Part shown: piece by piece, positions 24,035-38,281 of the stretch
Layout: each line of letters opens with the position of its first letter
How positions within the stretch are numbered: the first letter of the stretch is position 1
Origin: Nemertoderma westbladi
Lineage: Eukaryota > Animalia > Xenacoelomorpha
Direction: 5' to 3'
Assembly (NCBI GenBank): GCA_032718475.1
Contig: JAUCBJ010005450.1
Coordinates: 1-54,599, forward strand
Length of the DNA stretch: 54,599 nt
Made by a program: the position numbers and the translations under genes
The notes under the pieces: generated by a model
The model's database searches: none
Told to the model about the DNA's origin: nothing
Seen by the model: the letters and a program-made list of their open reading frames with translations, nothing else

Positions 24035-24392
24035 TATTCATACATAGGCTGGTATTTGTTCATATTGTTTATTTTAATTTTTAACTAATTTTCGGATAAG
24101 TTCTCATATAAGATCACTAAAAGCCGGGCCCTGAGTTACTCTACGTCAAATAATGTGACACAGAAGTAAAATAAATCGTGGTTCATGTGGCACTTTATGG
24201 ACAGGACGCCCTCTAACTCTTGCCAGTTTTACCGAAATACATATTTTACTAAGTATATTATACTTTGATCGGTGATCATTCTTTATTCTACTACTATATT
24301 CAATATATTCAAGGTTTAATAACGAAATTCCAAAATGTAAAAAAATAATAATTCAGAAATTAAACCCAGAATCGTAGAGAAAAAAGGCAATA

Positions 24393-24741
24393 GGGCCATT
24401 CTCACCAAAATTGGCCAAACGGGTGTCCTGAAGCCATAACTTCTGTTTATGGCGGTTCTAGAAAGTGGTTGATGGCTTCAATGAAAGCTGCTGAAGCGTA
24501 GATTTTGTACAATTAATTTCAGCCTCAAACAGATATCATATCTTCCCGTAGCAGAACATAATATGGCCAAAAAGTGACATTTTCAAATGTCCCAGGTCCA
24601 AAGTGCGAGTAGAACAAACTGTTATGAAATTCCAACCCAAGGTCCATCCATATCCAATAAACCAAAATACTAATTACTACACTAATACTAATTTTTGGAA
24701 AAATTTACACCCGTTTTTGCCAACTTTGGTGAGAATGGGCC
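24393..24741. mobile_element. MITE, possibly Harbinger-like
   Basis: About 34-bp imperfect TIR GG(G/C)CCATTCTCACCAAA(A/G)TTGGC..AAACGGGTGT; TSD not clear. Confidence 0.75.
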
Positions 24742-25746
24742 AGTACCGTATTAAATCAACAAACACCCCCGCACCACCTTAGTACTCTATTCTTTAATAA
24801 TTCAATAGATTTAAATTCCATGGAAATGGAGGCAACTTTAAACACAAGTTTGGAGAGCCAATGCCACGGAATCCAAACTCGTTTGTTACTCAATGACCTT
24901 CTCTGGTAGTATCGGTATCTGGAATATGTGAACCGACACAGTAATTAATCAGTGATATGTGTTTGTTTGTTTGTTTGTATGTGTGGGTTGGATGACTGAG
25001 AGGGCATACGTTTTCAGTTTACTGGTTTCTACTATAACGTAAGTTCATTATTCTTCTGCATAACCTTCATCACACTGAGTCGTTTACAACTGTTCGGTGG
25101 GATGTCCGATGGGCTAACGGCCTCCTTGGATATTATGAATTACAGTTACAATGAATTTTACCCGCATAGATCCAATAGTAACTGCAATAAAGATCTACAG
25201 TATTAGGGTTAATCCTCTTATCAAACTCGACCGTTTCCCTAAAAACTAAAATACCAAATAAAACAAGGGTTTGACATACACACAGACAGCTAAGGTACAA
25301 ACAAACACAGACTCCACTGATTGAGAGGTGTAGAAAACATGAACGAACACCCAGAGAAACGAACAACAATGAGCTACCGGGGCGTGTCTAAAAGTAGGAA
25401 ACAAAAAATACTCATTAAAAGTCGTCGCTCTAAGTATATAACTTGATTAATCCGGAATTAAAACGAATACAAACCAATAAAAATAATGAATTAACTTATG
25501 ATTAATTATCCAGACCACCAGTAACAATATTAACAGCACATTTAGGTAATTAATTATACATCGACGCATAAAACACCTTTGTAACAAAAACGTCAACAGT
25601 CGCTAAACCTTGACAAGAGTCACGTAAAACACCTAAAGTAAATGAAAAATATAATTATTATTAATATAAATAACACCAAAATATATTTCGAAAAAGATTA
25701 CCCCACCTCTGGCTACACTAATAGACGAGGGCATTGACCTCCTCAA

Positions 25747-26331
<585 letters not shown>

Positions 26332-26687
26332 CTAAGTGGTTTTATTAAAAAGGAAATGTCCACATACAAATGGGAAAACTTTAAATACAATTAAAACCAG
26401 CAGTTATAATTTGAGTTTTATTTAAAATTATCATTTATTTTTGCATGATCCCCAAAAGCCGAGATGTGCCATACAAAACTGACTCAAGTTTATCACATGG
26501 AAATTAATTAATTAATTAATTAATTAAAAAATTAATTATATTTTTTTAAATGGCAGAACAAATTCGCTGTAAATACAGTTTTACATAACATAGTCATTAA
26601 CTCTCTAATAGTGGGGGTTGGCAGGACGTATATAATTTGATTGGGACGGGGTTTTGATGTCAAATGGAGCCGAAACGCCAAAACTTA

Positions 26688-26996
<309 letters not shown>

Positions 26997-27959
26997 CTAT
27001 AATATATAAGGTTTATAATAATTAACGAATTAGCCATTAACGAAGCAGCATTTGGACTGTAATAAAATAATGATATGAAACCCTCGCTTCCAGCTATGTA
27101 AACTATATACAGAGGTCCCGAAAGCCAAACAAATCATTCCCGATAGAATTTACCTCAACTAATTCTCGAGGGCGATACAGAGCAAAGAAAACAGCTTTGA
27201 GGACATCGAACTTTATTATTATTGTTATTGTTAAAATATTCCGGCAGCTGTGTTATTCTTACATTATGCTGTTATGTGTAGCGGTATGTGGTTTACGAGC
27301 CGAGCTGGCTCGGCTACGAGCCGAGCCAGCATAGCAATTTATTCAATCGAATATTTTTCTGAACAACCCTACCTCAATTGGTTAGGCCACAACCTAACGT
27401 GATGCTGTCCAACTATTATTATTATTATTAATAATCACGTTAAATAACTGTAGAATAAGATATATGACAGTATGAGAAAACTTATTAAAAAAGTTATGCA
27501 TACATTATAATTAATTACATTGAACATAAGTGTATATGTAACGTCTACGGACAAATACTATGGTGTTTTTTTCAGTTTCCATATTCACTATTCAGATATA
27601 GTATTTAAGTTGAGTAAAAAAGTTGTTGCTATCCACATTCAGGAAGTCCCTCTAAAGGCATGCATGCCAAATCTCCCCTCGTGCCAAACCTCCCTGGTCT
27701 CACCATATGTTACGTCTACGTCAGTACGTACCTTTTTAAATACAATACTGTGGTGCTTTTATCTTAGAGAGTCTTAAATGTATTTATAATACGTATGTAC
27801 AGTATAATTTAATACACTCAATTTGTATAACGTAAAGTGTTACTGTTATCTTAATAATGATTTCGTTATTCAGTTTACAAATAATGTTACTAGGCCTATT
27901 CATTTTTTTCCTAGTGTGTGTGTGCGGGCTTCATAAGCAATAGCTTCCTGCCTGATGCC

Positions 27960-28967
27960 CAGGGATGGTTAAAACCTAATTTTTAAAAAAACAAAATTAG
28001 GTTTTTTCTTTAATTGAATAAAACCTTATAAAACCTAATAAAACCTAATAAAACCTAAAAAAACCTAATAAAACCTAAATTTTCATACAAATATTAAGAA
28101 ATCTTTCGAGAACCAATGACTTAATTGCTGTTTTGAAGGTTGTAACACCCACTAAATCGACCATTGCGGTTTCATTGCGCCTATTCTCAAGTCTGTGAAG
28201 CAATTGCAAGTATGACTTATTAACTTAAAATAATCTCACCAAACTATGGCAAAACTATCGTACACGTACAGTACTGCAGTACTGCGTACTGCAGTTAGCC
28301 CCAAGACGTTACAGACAGACAGAAGGGTGTTTTTATTCTTTTTATGGGTGTAACTCGAAAAATCAACCCTCATTACCGATGGAATAAAAACTTTCACCCC
28401 CGGGATTACATTTTTCAAAAACATTTTAAGTGATTACATTTGCAAATTAGCTGAAATACAACAGGAATTTATTAGACTGTTAGATGTATTAAATTACCGC
28501 TATAGGCCTATGTCATAATTATTATACAATGGAATACCAGTACCGGTAATGGATTCCAATTCCATATTTATCAGTATTTCCAATGTCCAAACCAACTCCA
28601 AAAGTTGAATTTTAAAAAAAGTTGAATTTTAAACCCTTCTCCAAAAGTTGAATTTTAAAAAATAAAGTTTAAATTTCAACTCAGTTGTAAATAGAACTCC
28701 CCGACTGGATAATCTGCTAATGTCTAATCGAACCGTCTTTGAAGGTCTAGCACTCTCACATTTCGTTGTGTGCTAGATAGCACACAACGAAATGTGAGGT
28801 TTTTCCCCCATACTGTCATACCCAATAATTAGGCCAACGGATTGCACTCTCGTGGCAGACTGGAATAAAACCCAATAAAACCTAATAAAACCTAATAATT
28901 TTTACACTAGGTTTTTTATTAAAACCTAATAATAAAACCTAATATTAAAACCTAATTGCCATCCCTG
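27960..28967. mobile_element. Non-autonomous hAT element in SURF4 intron 1
   Basis: TIR CAGGGATGG; perfect 8-bp TSD CTGATGCC; many subterminal AAAACCTAAT repeats. Confidence 0.92.
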
Positions 28968-29101
28968 CTGATGCCCTATTAATCATTAAATCATGTTACG
29001 GATGGACGTTGAGAGTAAACACCCAGGACCAGAGGCTCTCGCGGGGTTCTTGGAAAAAAAAATATAGCTAACCTATATATGCCTACCTGCCTATACCTGT
29101 A

Positions 29102-29513
29102 CAGTTAGGAACACTGGTCACTTTCTGGCTGAAGCTCAGCCAAAAATTGTCCACATATTTACAGTTAGAAAGTGTCCGTGCAGCCACTATTTGTCCTTCA
29201 CAGGCTGCGATTATTTCCGGACATATTTTGGCTGTAATTCCACTAGTACTCAAAGCATAAGCTGGGCACATTTTTATTTTTAATATTATGATAGTTATCC
29301 CAACGATGAGATTCTAATTCTCAAATTAATTTATACAGAATTTTATGGCGATTCTAATGGCATAATTTTTAGAATACCAATGTTAAAATTTCACTGCCGG
29401 TTTTCAAATGGAATTTAGCATTGTTTTCTATGGAGAAATTTCACTCTGAGAGCGTATTCCGCGGACACATTCTGGCTGTAAATTGGACATATTGTGACGA
29501 GTGTTCCTGACTG
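29102..29513. mobile_element. MITE with 5-bp TSD in SURF4 intron 1
   Basis: 20-bp TIR CAGT(T/C)AGGAACACT(G/C)GTCAC; CTGTA duplicated at 29097-29101 and 29514-29518. Confidence 0.8.
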
Positions 29514-30304
29514 CTGTATACCGGTACACAGTATATTGGTTTGGTATACTCCTATATATTATTTTAAAAAAAAGAAACAATAACCCATATCAGAAGAAAG
29601 GAAATTAGTACCTGGAACCATTAACTGGAACCCTTACAGACAAGTGCAGCTACAGGCCCTAATCCGAATCCAGTTATTACTGTATTAGGTATTCAGTACC
29701 GGTAATCTTGTAATACCTAATTAAGTCAGCAAGTTATAAACTGAAATACAGTAGGCAGTACCGGTAGGCCCTATGAAATAAATATGTGGTAACGCCTAGG
29801 CTATACCAGTTATAGTTCATATCCCTGTATCCGTACCGTTGGTATTTTCGTATTGCAAAAATAAGACTATAAGTATGAAATACCCTATGTTATTGAGATA
29901 TTGTTTATTGTTTTGGTTAGAAAAGCCCACCACTGTAACCTGCTCCTTTCCGTTAATTAAGTAATGGAGATTAGTTTATTGTTTTGGTTAGAAAACACCA
30001 CCACTGTAACACCACCGGTACGCATATGAACGATAACCGCTATACCTGTCAGCCTGTACAGCTGTATACAACTATACCGGTACACTAAAAACACTATAGG
30101 CCTACTACATACTACTATCAGACTATGCTTATACAGGTATACAGCCTATTTCAGTACAGCAGTATTTTAAAAATAAATAGGCCTATCAGAAATATACCAC
30201 TCCAAACAAACTACCAGACAACGGTACAAACGACGATACCGCCTCCTGCTGTCGTCGTCTGCTCGTCCTGCTTCAGACTGTCAGATACAAAACCGAAAAC
30301 TTAC

Positions 30305-30361
30305 CCGGTCGGCACCATCCTCCGCTTTTGCGATAAATTCTTTTGAGATTAGGCCTACCAT
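30305..30361 (-). CDS. SURF4: SURF4 exon 1 (first coding exon)
   Basis: MVGLISKEFIAKAEDGADR followed by GTAAGT. Joined CDS is 57+308+454 = 819 nt, 272 aa. Confidence 0.88.
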
Positions 30362-31419
30362 TGTCGTGATTGCTGGTTATTGCAGAGCACTGAGCGAATG
30401 TCTGAATGTCGCTATGTCGGACTGTCGGAGCACAGAGCTGCAGAGCACAGCAGCACAGCACACAGTCTGCCAGTACGGGTACTGATAGTTCAGTAGTTAT
30501 CGTTAGTTGGAGTGACAGAATGCATGAATATGAATACTGACTGGAATAGCGAATGGCCTAACCAACAACTAACTGACTGAATGAATGGTAGTGCAATCAG
30601 GCAGGCAGTACAGCAATACAGCAATAGGGCAAGGCTGTAACACTGTAATATATAGCTGTATACAGTATAGGCCTAACTACGGACTTCTTAAATCACTCCA
30701 CGTTATATCGCAGTTACCCAATCATCATTCTCAATTTTGTTTTAGCTGTCTATATTATCAGACCTGAGTCGGTATTGCAGTATTGATGAGGCTGTATGTA
30801 ATTTCTTATTTTTCCGCGCTGCCATGGATTTATTCGATTATATTTATTATTAACTATAATCAGATTATCTCCATCCGTAATTATATACAGTAATTATCAA
30901 TTGCGGACTAATACTATTAACATTAAGTAATTATACTGCGTCATGCCTTGTGTTAACACATTAACAGCGAGATGAGATAAGTAATTATTATTAACGCCGT
31001 TACGGAATTCGATGGGGTTTTCGATTTTTATATTAAACTCATTATCCTGAATCTCACTAGCCTAGTTTCGAGTCACCAATGCCAAGACTTCATACTTTTT
31101 GAGGAATTTTTTCTAGAATAATTTGTATTTAATTACATTCATAAGGATTTCTTATTACTGGGTGCATATAAAAGGTAAATAAAATAAATTTTCGCGCTAT
31201 CGCGCATCGGACCAGCATGGTTTCGAAATTCCAAAACGAGGTCTTCACTTTTGCAGGTTGATTTTGTTCTAGTAGGTCATGGTTCTAGAATTAAGCAACT
31301 AATAATAGATCAAATTTTTTAGTAATTATTGTATGAAATATGATTGTATTTTTACATAATTAGTTCTATACATCGACATCGAAGCATAATATATAAAATT
31401 GCAAAATTAATGTTTAAAA

Positions 31420-31535
31420 ACGCCAATTCGTAACCAGGCATTCTGATTTGTAACCGGGAACTACAATTTGTTAAAAGATTCAGATTTGTAACTAGAAACT
31501 CAGATTTGTTACCAGGAACTCAAATTCGTAACTGC
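31420..31535. repeat. Degenerate ~20-bp tandem repeat
   Basis: caggaactcagatttgtaac-like units, about 5-6 copies. Confidence 0.65.
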
Positions 31536-32008
31536 TACCAGTTGACTGTTTTTATGAAATAAAAAAGGTCGGTTCCTTATCGGGCCCTTATTCCTTATCG
31601 GGCCCTTATAGGCCCTTCACTAGTAAATACAGTATTCTGTAATCTTATATCTTGTAAACGTGCTTGGTATGGAAATTATTTGTTTCATATTATATTTTTA
31701 TTAATGGTAGCAATGTTTATTTTCTTATTATGTGGGACGAGCCACAAAGTCAGCTAGCCTCACGCCTTACACTTTAGACACTTGTTTAGTTTACTTATTG
31801 CTGACTGACATAGTTCATTTTTGTAATAGTCTTGGCTCGGATTCCTCCCCTGGGCTCCTTCCAACCAGCCAGCTTGCTGGCTTTCTACAGTAGTATTAAT
31901 TGCTACGAATGTTTTTTATTTTAGGCTAACTGATTTTAACTGATTAGGCTAACTAATTAGAATAAATTAGTGTTCTTTATTTTATTTACCTAATACAATA
32001 AGAGCCCG

Positions 32009-32584
32009 AGTTGGCGAGGGAATCCCGACCGATGTGTTTGCTTTTGGATAGTACGCGTTGCCGCGTCTGCTGGCTGCTGAAAGGCTTGTGGTATCTGAAA
32101 GGCCAGAGGCCGAAAGAATAAGTTTTAGTGGCAGTTGTTCGTAATGTCAGAATACAATAATAGCACAGTCAGAATACAATAATAGCACGGTTACTGACGA
32201 CGGTTTAAACCGTTTTGCTTCTGCAGCTCTGCACAAACCAAGTAAACAACAGGTAATAAAGGCAATGGTTATATTACTAACACATATGGAATATTGCTAC
32301 TTAGTTCGTGGCCTGGCCAATGATGCATCCCAATCGGATGGTGTTCTGCCCCACCATTGGCAATCTATCCTTCCTTCCCTTGGCACACCCTGTTCCGCTA
32401 GCTCCCTTCATCCCCCTGAGATGGCTTGTAGCCTCTCATCTCTCCTTGTGGCTGCCAATGTATATTGCCTCCGTTAGTTGTTAGGTGACATTATATTGGT
32501 AATGTCACCTAGCGAACTATAATTGGTAAAAAGCCACTTTCCCCATTTTCCACTAGGTAGTGCAGCGAATAGGATCCGCTCACA
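32009..32584 (-). repeat. 3' LTR of E3 (outer ~16 bp missing)
   Basis: Aligns to 39604-40201; ends ggatccgctcaca next to the PPT. Confidence 0.88.
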
Positions 32585-33247
32585 CTCCCCCCCCCCCCCC
32601 ATGCTATCTTCCCAGTGAGAATATAGCATCAACCTAAAGTGCAATCCAATCTAGTATTGGATGTGGGGTGGTATATTTTTCTTGGAACCAGTTTTCCAGA
32701 CTAGTCCCAATAGGTTTGTTTTCACTACCCACCCTTGGTACATCTGCAAGCTAAGCTGTACCAAGTTAACTGGCGTCTCTGTTTAGACGATCGCCCCTTC
32801 TCCTCACTCAATTTTATCTCCCCGGACACCATCATCCAACCTCCTCACCTCCTCCTCACCTCACTAGTCCCATAGGACTCATCCTCCTCCCTGCTCCCCC
32901 CCCCCCCCCCACACTTGGATCACACACTTCCTGCCTTTTCCCAAAAACTCCAGCACCTTCCCCCCATGCTACTCTCATACTCAACCCCTTTTATTCTCAC
33001 TCTACACGCCTGTTAACCCACACAACCCACGGTCCCATCAAGTGTCCCTCCTACTCATACCCCCGGTAGCACCCGTCTGGACAATTCTTATCCCGCAGGA
33101 TGTGAGCTCTCACAATAAATCCTAAACTCCGCCCTGTTGTTCAATGACCACACAATCTGGGTTGGCCTACCCCTCTACTCTTCCTCCCATGTGTTTCCCT
33201 AATACGTCTGTTAACCCTTAATCATGAGTCCAGCTAGGCTCTATCTA

Positions 33248-33386
33248 TATGGTCCTGTTGACCCGCGGCATTTTTACGTACGTATGTGGTCCCATTGACC
33301 CGGCATTAGTGCTTATGTATGGTCCCATTGACACGGCGTTAGTGCCTATGTATGGTCCCATTGACCCGGCGTTAGTGCATATGTAT
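33248..33386. repeat. Tandem array, about 4 units of ~33 bp, downstream of the E3 pol remnant
   Basis: tatggtcccattgacccggc.ttagtgc.tatg repeated. Confidence 0.85.
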
Positions 33387-34160
33387 TTAAATTATGTACG
33401 TTGGTACGTTCATACCATACATTAGTACATGTGTACTATGCATGTATTGTATATTTGTACCCATCAGACATACGTAATTGTAACTAGCTACACCTATTAT
33501 GTACATTGGTACGTTCGTACCATATGTTAGTCATATGTTTTTTATATTTTATTTTTGTGGGAAGGGTGTATTGCCCTCATTCCCACCCCCCTCAGTCCAA
33601 TTTATTGGATGACTCATCAACCTAAGGGCGATTCTTCCAGCAGGCAACTCTCCCACTGCCCCCCTGTAGGTCCTCTTATTCTTCGCCCCACTCTTCTTGT
33701 CAATTCCAACTCTCTTGGATCTGACCTTCCCTTCTCCCCAAGATCGGATCTTTCTGTCATCCCACAGAACTCATCATCTTTTCCAGGTGTCAAAATGCCA
33801 CCCTTCATATCATCCTCACAGGTATATGCCACCTCTGCTGGCCTCCCCCTCAATATGTGCGCTGTCGTTAAAGCCTTCGATGTCCCTTGGTCATCCTTCG
33901 GTATGCATAATGGATACCATTTAATGCCCCCTCGCACTCCGCCAGCCCCGTGTTCAACACGCCTCCTCTAATTTCCCCATTCCCTTAGTCACCCTTCATC
34001 ATCGGCTCCTTTCCCTTTGGATTAACCTTCTTACATCCTCTCCCTTTCCACCTTGTCTTCTTATTCGATACCAGGGGTATCTGTATACTCCTTATTTGGA
34101 TCGGCGTCTCTTCCATATATCTCTCCAGATATCTCGCCGTCCAATCTTCCCCATCCTTGT

Positions 34161-36600
34161 ACCGTATCCACCATCCAACATATGTGCTGGCAACAAACTG
34201 AACAAAGCGCTCAAGTCGCTGCTCAAGATGGATACTACCTTGTGTCTTCTGGTGAAGTTCACCTCTGAATATATATAATTTAAAAGCATACATCAGGCTG
34301 GCCATCCACCTGGCGTTGGAAGCAGCACCAGGCTGATAAAATGTATGTGGGTATTCGCCACCAAGTAGAAAAATGGCAAGTACAAGAAGTTCTCGATAAT
34401 CGGCATGGCAGTTAATAGTCCCCAACAGTTCCTTAAGGTCATGTCTTTCCTGGACATATTTATCAGTATCAGGTACACATTGACCCTTTGTTAGATCTAG
34501 GGCCATCCATTGTTTGCGTAGTCTACCATGGAATCGGGGACTAGGGCCACTGGTTGCACCAAATACCAGGCTGTGTACTGCACTGACTATAACCTCCCCA
34601 ATGTGGTGGCGGCAGGCAAGCCATATCACTCGCCGATCTATCCACTTCTCCAGATTCCACTTATAGATTCCACAGATACCACTTCTTGAGATGTATGGGT
34701 GGACCTTACCTCGATAAACTTCAGGAAGCGGTGTACGACATTAATAGAACACACAATGATGCTCTAGGATCTTCTCCATTGGAAATGGTATCGGGTAGAT
34801 CTAAACAACCACCATTAACTGATTGGCCCTCTGAGGATAAACAAGTTACAGCAAAACCCCATATAGGAGATCAGGTCTTAGTGCGAACTAGAGGAATTTG
34901 CAATAAACTGAGTCCAAGATTTTCAAATCCAGGAGTTGTTGCAGGGAGGCCATTTGAGCAAGTAGTACTTTTAGCTGACGGTAGATCCATAAATATTCGA
35001 GATTGTAAAATTATTCATGTTTCTGGTGAAGGGGGTATGTATGTGGAGTAAATTAGTTGTTGTGAATTACTTTAGCCTTATTTGTGTATGGAGGGAGATT
35101 TGATTTGAGATTATTTTCTTTAGTTGAATATAATGCGGAATGTAGGAATGTGAGAAAGACAGACTTTTAGATACCCTACTTCAGTACCGTACCTGTTATC
35201 TTAACACAGGTGCCATCCAGCCAACCAGAATTAGAATTAGTCGTGTCAAAGACAAGAAATGCTACCAAGTGTAACGTTGTACTATTGAAGTAATGTCCCG
35301 AGAGGAACTAGTACTTGCAGCTCCAATTCCCAACAGTTTTGTGTACTTTGTGCTGCCATCAGCATTTGGGACACCACTGCCAGTTATGGCTACAACACAT
35401 CGATCAACATCTGTAAGGGAGCATTTCAGATGAGCCATTTGTTCCCATCCCAGTGGACTGCAATTTTGTGTTCTCCAGGATCAAAGGAGTCCTTAATATA
35501 TTTGGCCCTTGCTGCTCGAGATGCTGACTGGCCACTTAGTGTGCTAGTTTTGCTGAGTGTGACCTGATCTAGATTACCTTCACTGGCCTTGATAATTGCA
35601 GCAGTGTAGGCTGTTGCAGCTCCAGATGAAATTCCAATGCGATCAGCAGTCTGAGCTACTGTCTGGTCATTCATTATGTTCCGTGGCATCATCAGTTGCA
35701 CTGAAGCACACCTCTTGCTTGATGTTGCTGAAGATGGTGGAAGATAGTCAACATCAGAATCAGTACTATCATCCTCTGAAGCAGACCTCGACATATCAAG
35801 TTCAACAATTTTGTCCAAGTCATTCTGCTTTCTAAGCATTTCTTACCATTCCCTGTCAAGTTTACTGTCCAGTTTGTCTTTTTGTTTCATAGCTTCCTCT
35901 TCATATTTCAAATCCCTTGATTTCAGAAATGGTAGATCTTCTCCCTGTCTAAGTTTTCGAATCCATTCACATTCTTCAGGCAGCAGCATACCTATAGCAA
36001 CTTGCCATTGTATTATAATCTATACCTTATAATATATAACTCAAAATTCGATTATTGGATAATAGGCTACCGGTACAGTACTGTAGTAACTGAATATCAC
36101 TCACTAAACCTACTGTATGTAGTAGGCTACATCAGTAGAATATAGTACAAAGCCCTGTGTTTTAGGGTAGTCCTACCGGTACCGGTAGGTAGGACAGTGG
36201 AATGCAGAACATCCAAAATGCAAGAGTGGATCAGAAGTGCAGTAACGCAGTATACTTGTCATGTAGTGTCATTTGTATAGGCCTACAGGTATTACATTAC
36301 TACAACTGTACAGTACAGTACCTTAAAGCCGCCATTCAAATTAAAGATAAACATATGACAAACGTGATGTTATCAGTATTTTTCAAATCTAATGCATTCC
36401 ATGAAAACTGTCCCTTAACCGCACTCAAGCTCATCGGGCGATAAATTTTGCGACAAGTCAAAAATTCATTTAGCTCCAGTAACTTGCATGTTCAACATTA
36501 TGATTCCATACTTGGCACAACTTAATATTATAGGAAATAGAACAAATTAAGCTGACAAGTCTTCTCTGTATCTCAATTTGAATATTTTCGGATCGGTCTA
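34161..36600 (-). mobile_element. hAT-like (probably hATm-type) DNA transposon relic with a decayed transposase, 3' end deleted
   Basis: VHWDG (35426-35839), VFDTTNSNSG (about 35230-35255), WLACRHHIGE and PGAASNARWMA (33985-34629); candidate terminus TAGACCGATCC at 36600; no second TIR found. Confidence 0.7.
34670..35208 (+). mobile_element. Gypsy-like 3' fragment (integrase tail, PPT, 167-bp LTR at 35042-35208) inserted in the transposase
   Basis: AVYDINRTHNDALGSSPLEMVSGR...IGDQVLVR...KLSPRF; purine tract GGTGAAGGGGG then TGT...ACA. Left boundary approximate. Confidence 0.72.
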
Positions 36601-36637
36601 CTGTATAGGCTAATCGATCTTCTTTCAGCAGTGCCTA

Positions 36638-38241
36638 CTACTGGTCGCAATCGATGGTCTTATGCGTCCCATCCCATATATGCATGCTTTCTATGTAGCT
36701 GGCACCTGTAGTTTGGATTATAACGCTCTCTGTATAGTGTCTTGCATATTTCGTCCAGGTCTGAGTCGGATGGTTTGTTGTTTTGGTTGCACATACCCGT
36801 GTCAGGGGTGTTGTTTCTGCCATAGCCACCACAATTGTTCTGTGGACTAGAAGTCCCCTCAATAGTTGCATATGGCAACGATTGCCTCACTCTCGGAAGT
36901 TCATCTGCAGCACTGTGTTCCAGTTTAGGTCGGCTATTCCACTTTCGGTACCTTGCCCAGACTTTCCTCGCTGTACACTGGATCCGTTATCAACTCGGCT
37001 TCATAGTTAAGGAATTTTGACATCTCTTCCAACCCTGGCTCCACACTCTTCTTTTCTCGAGTGGAGAAAGCGATCTTCCTCCATTTATTCCTCAACCATA
37101 TCGGTAGTGCCTGCGCTATGCTTGTGATGTTACTTAAAGCATTAAGTTCGTATGGTGCTTCTAGTGTCTTTAAAACTATCAATGCCTTTTCTACTTTGTT
37201 GGCGAAGGCTTTCATACTAACAGGGTTATCCGTGAGTCTGCCTGATGTTATTCCCCTTAAGGTTTGTCGGATAATCTTCGCCGGATGGCCAAATTCCCTA
37301 TCCAGGGCTCTCCATGCTGTTGTAAATCCTTCTTCAATTCCCTGATATTGCTTCACAATGTTGTAGGCAGGCCTAGCAGGTTCCTGCCTACTCACCAGTA
37401 TGTAAGCCACGACCTCCAATCTTTAATCCCGGCATTCGCACTACCCTATCACCTACACTATCTCTCCCAGCATGGCCTATAGGCCTAGTATGTCCAGTAA
37501 GACCTATAGTATGTCCTGCAGTCTGAATGTGCTCCCCCAAACAGAAGTTTAATCTTCTCGAATATTACGAGAACTTCTCCCCGCGAGTACCATATCGTCG
37601 ATCGGCAGCTACATTCTGACAGGAAGTTTCCCTTCGATCCCCTCTTATCTCATCATCCTTGTCTCGGTACACTCTGTACCCCTCTCCCGGTGTATGATAT
37701 ATTTCACAAGGTTGTGATTCTCTGGGGGCGATCTCCCGAAGTATGACCCCACCGGCCCTCCCTCTCTACTTAAACTATTGACAGTTCACTGTCCATCCTA
37801 TCTCAACATCTCCGGTTGCCCGTAGCAGCATCTCCTCCCCCCTCCTTGCATCCTCTGGTTTCGGCATTATATCCACGTTCATGAGGTATTGTATCGACCT
37901 CCCGGATGAACTCTACTGTTCTCCTTCCATCTTCCGATTGGGCTCAAAGTCCTCTCGTTTGGCCGCTTACGGCACCAACGTTCCTCCCTCTACCCGGTTG
38001 TATGGCCTCGCGGATATTTGTTGCCCTTCTACTATCCTCCGTCGTTGGGAGCCCTGGTTCACTTAACTCACCGTGCGCATTTCCCGCCGACATTTGTGGG
38101 GCATTTATTGTATTGTCTGTGGGGCCGAACCAGCTTCGCTCTCGGATAAACCCATTTTTGCCAGTTCTAATCGGTGCTTTTGCTTTGCCTGATCTGCATT
38201 AACCCCCTTAACCGGGTGTGCATATCATACCTCATTCTTTT

Positions 38242-38281
<40 letters not shown>

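Noticed and set aside
22190-25700. Short ORFs downstream of SURF4
   Set aside because: AT-rich, with no recognisable motifs or consistent splice structure; probably 3' UTR or intergenic DNA.
32004-32011. TSD for E3
   Set aside because: The outer end of the 3' LTR is missing and the flank does not match TTAGT at 40202.
32090-32116. Hammerhead-like CTGAAA-GGCC-AGA-GGCC-GAAA in the E3 LTRs
   Set aside because: The core lacks CUGANGA and no stem I or III was found.
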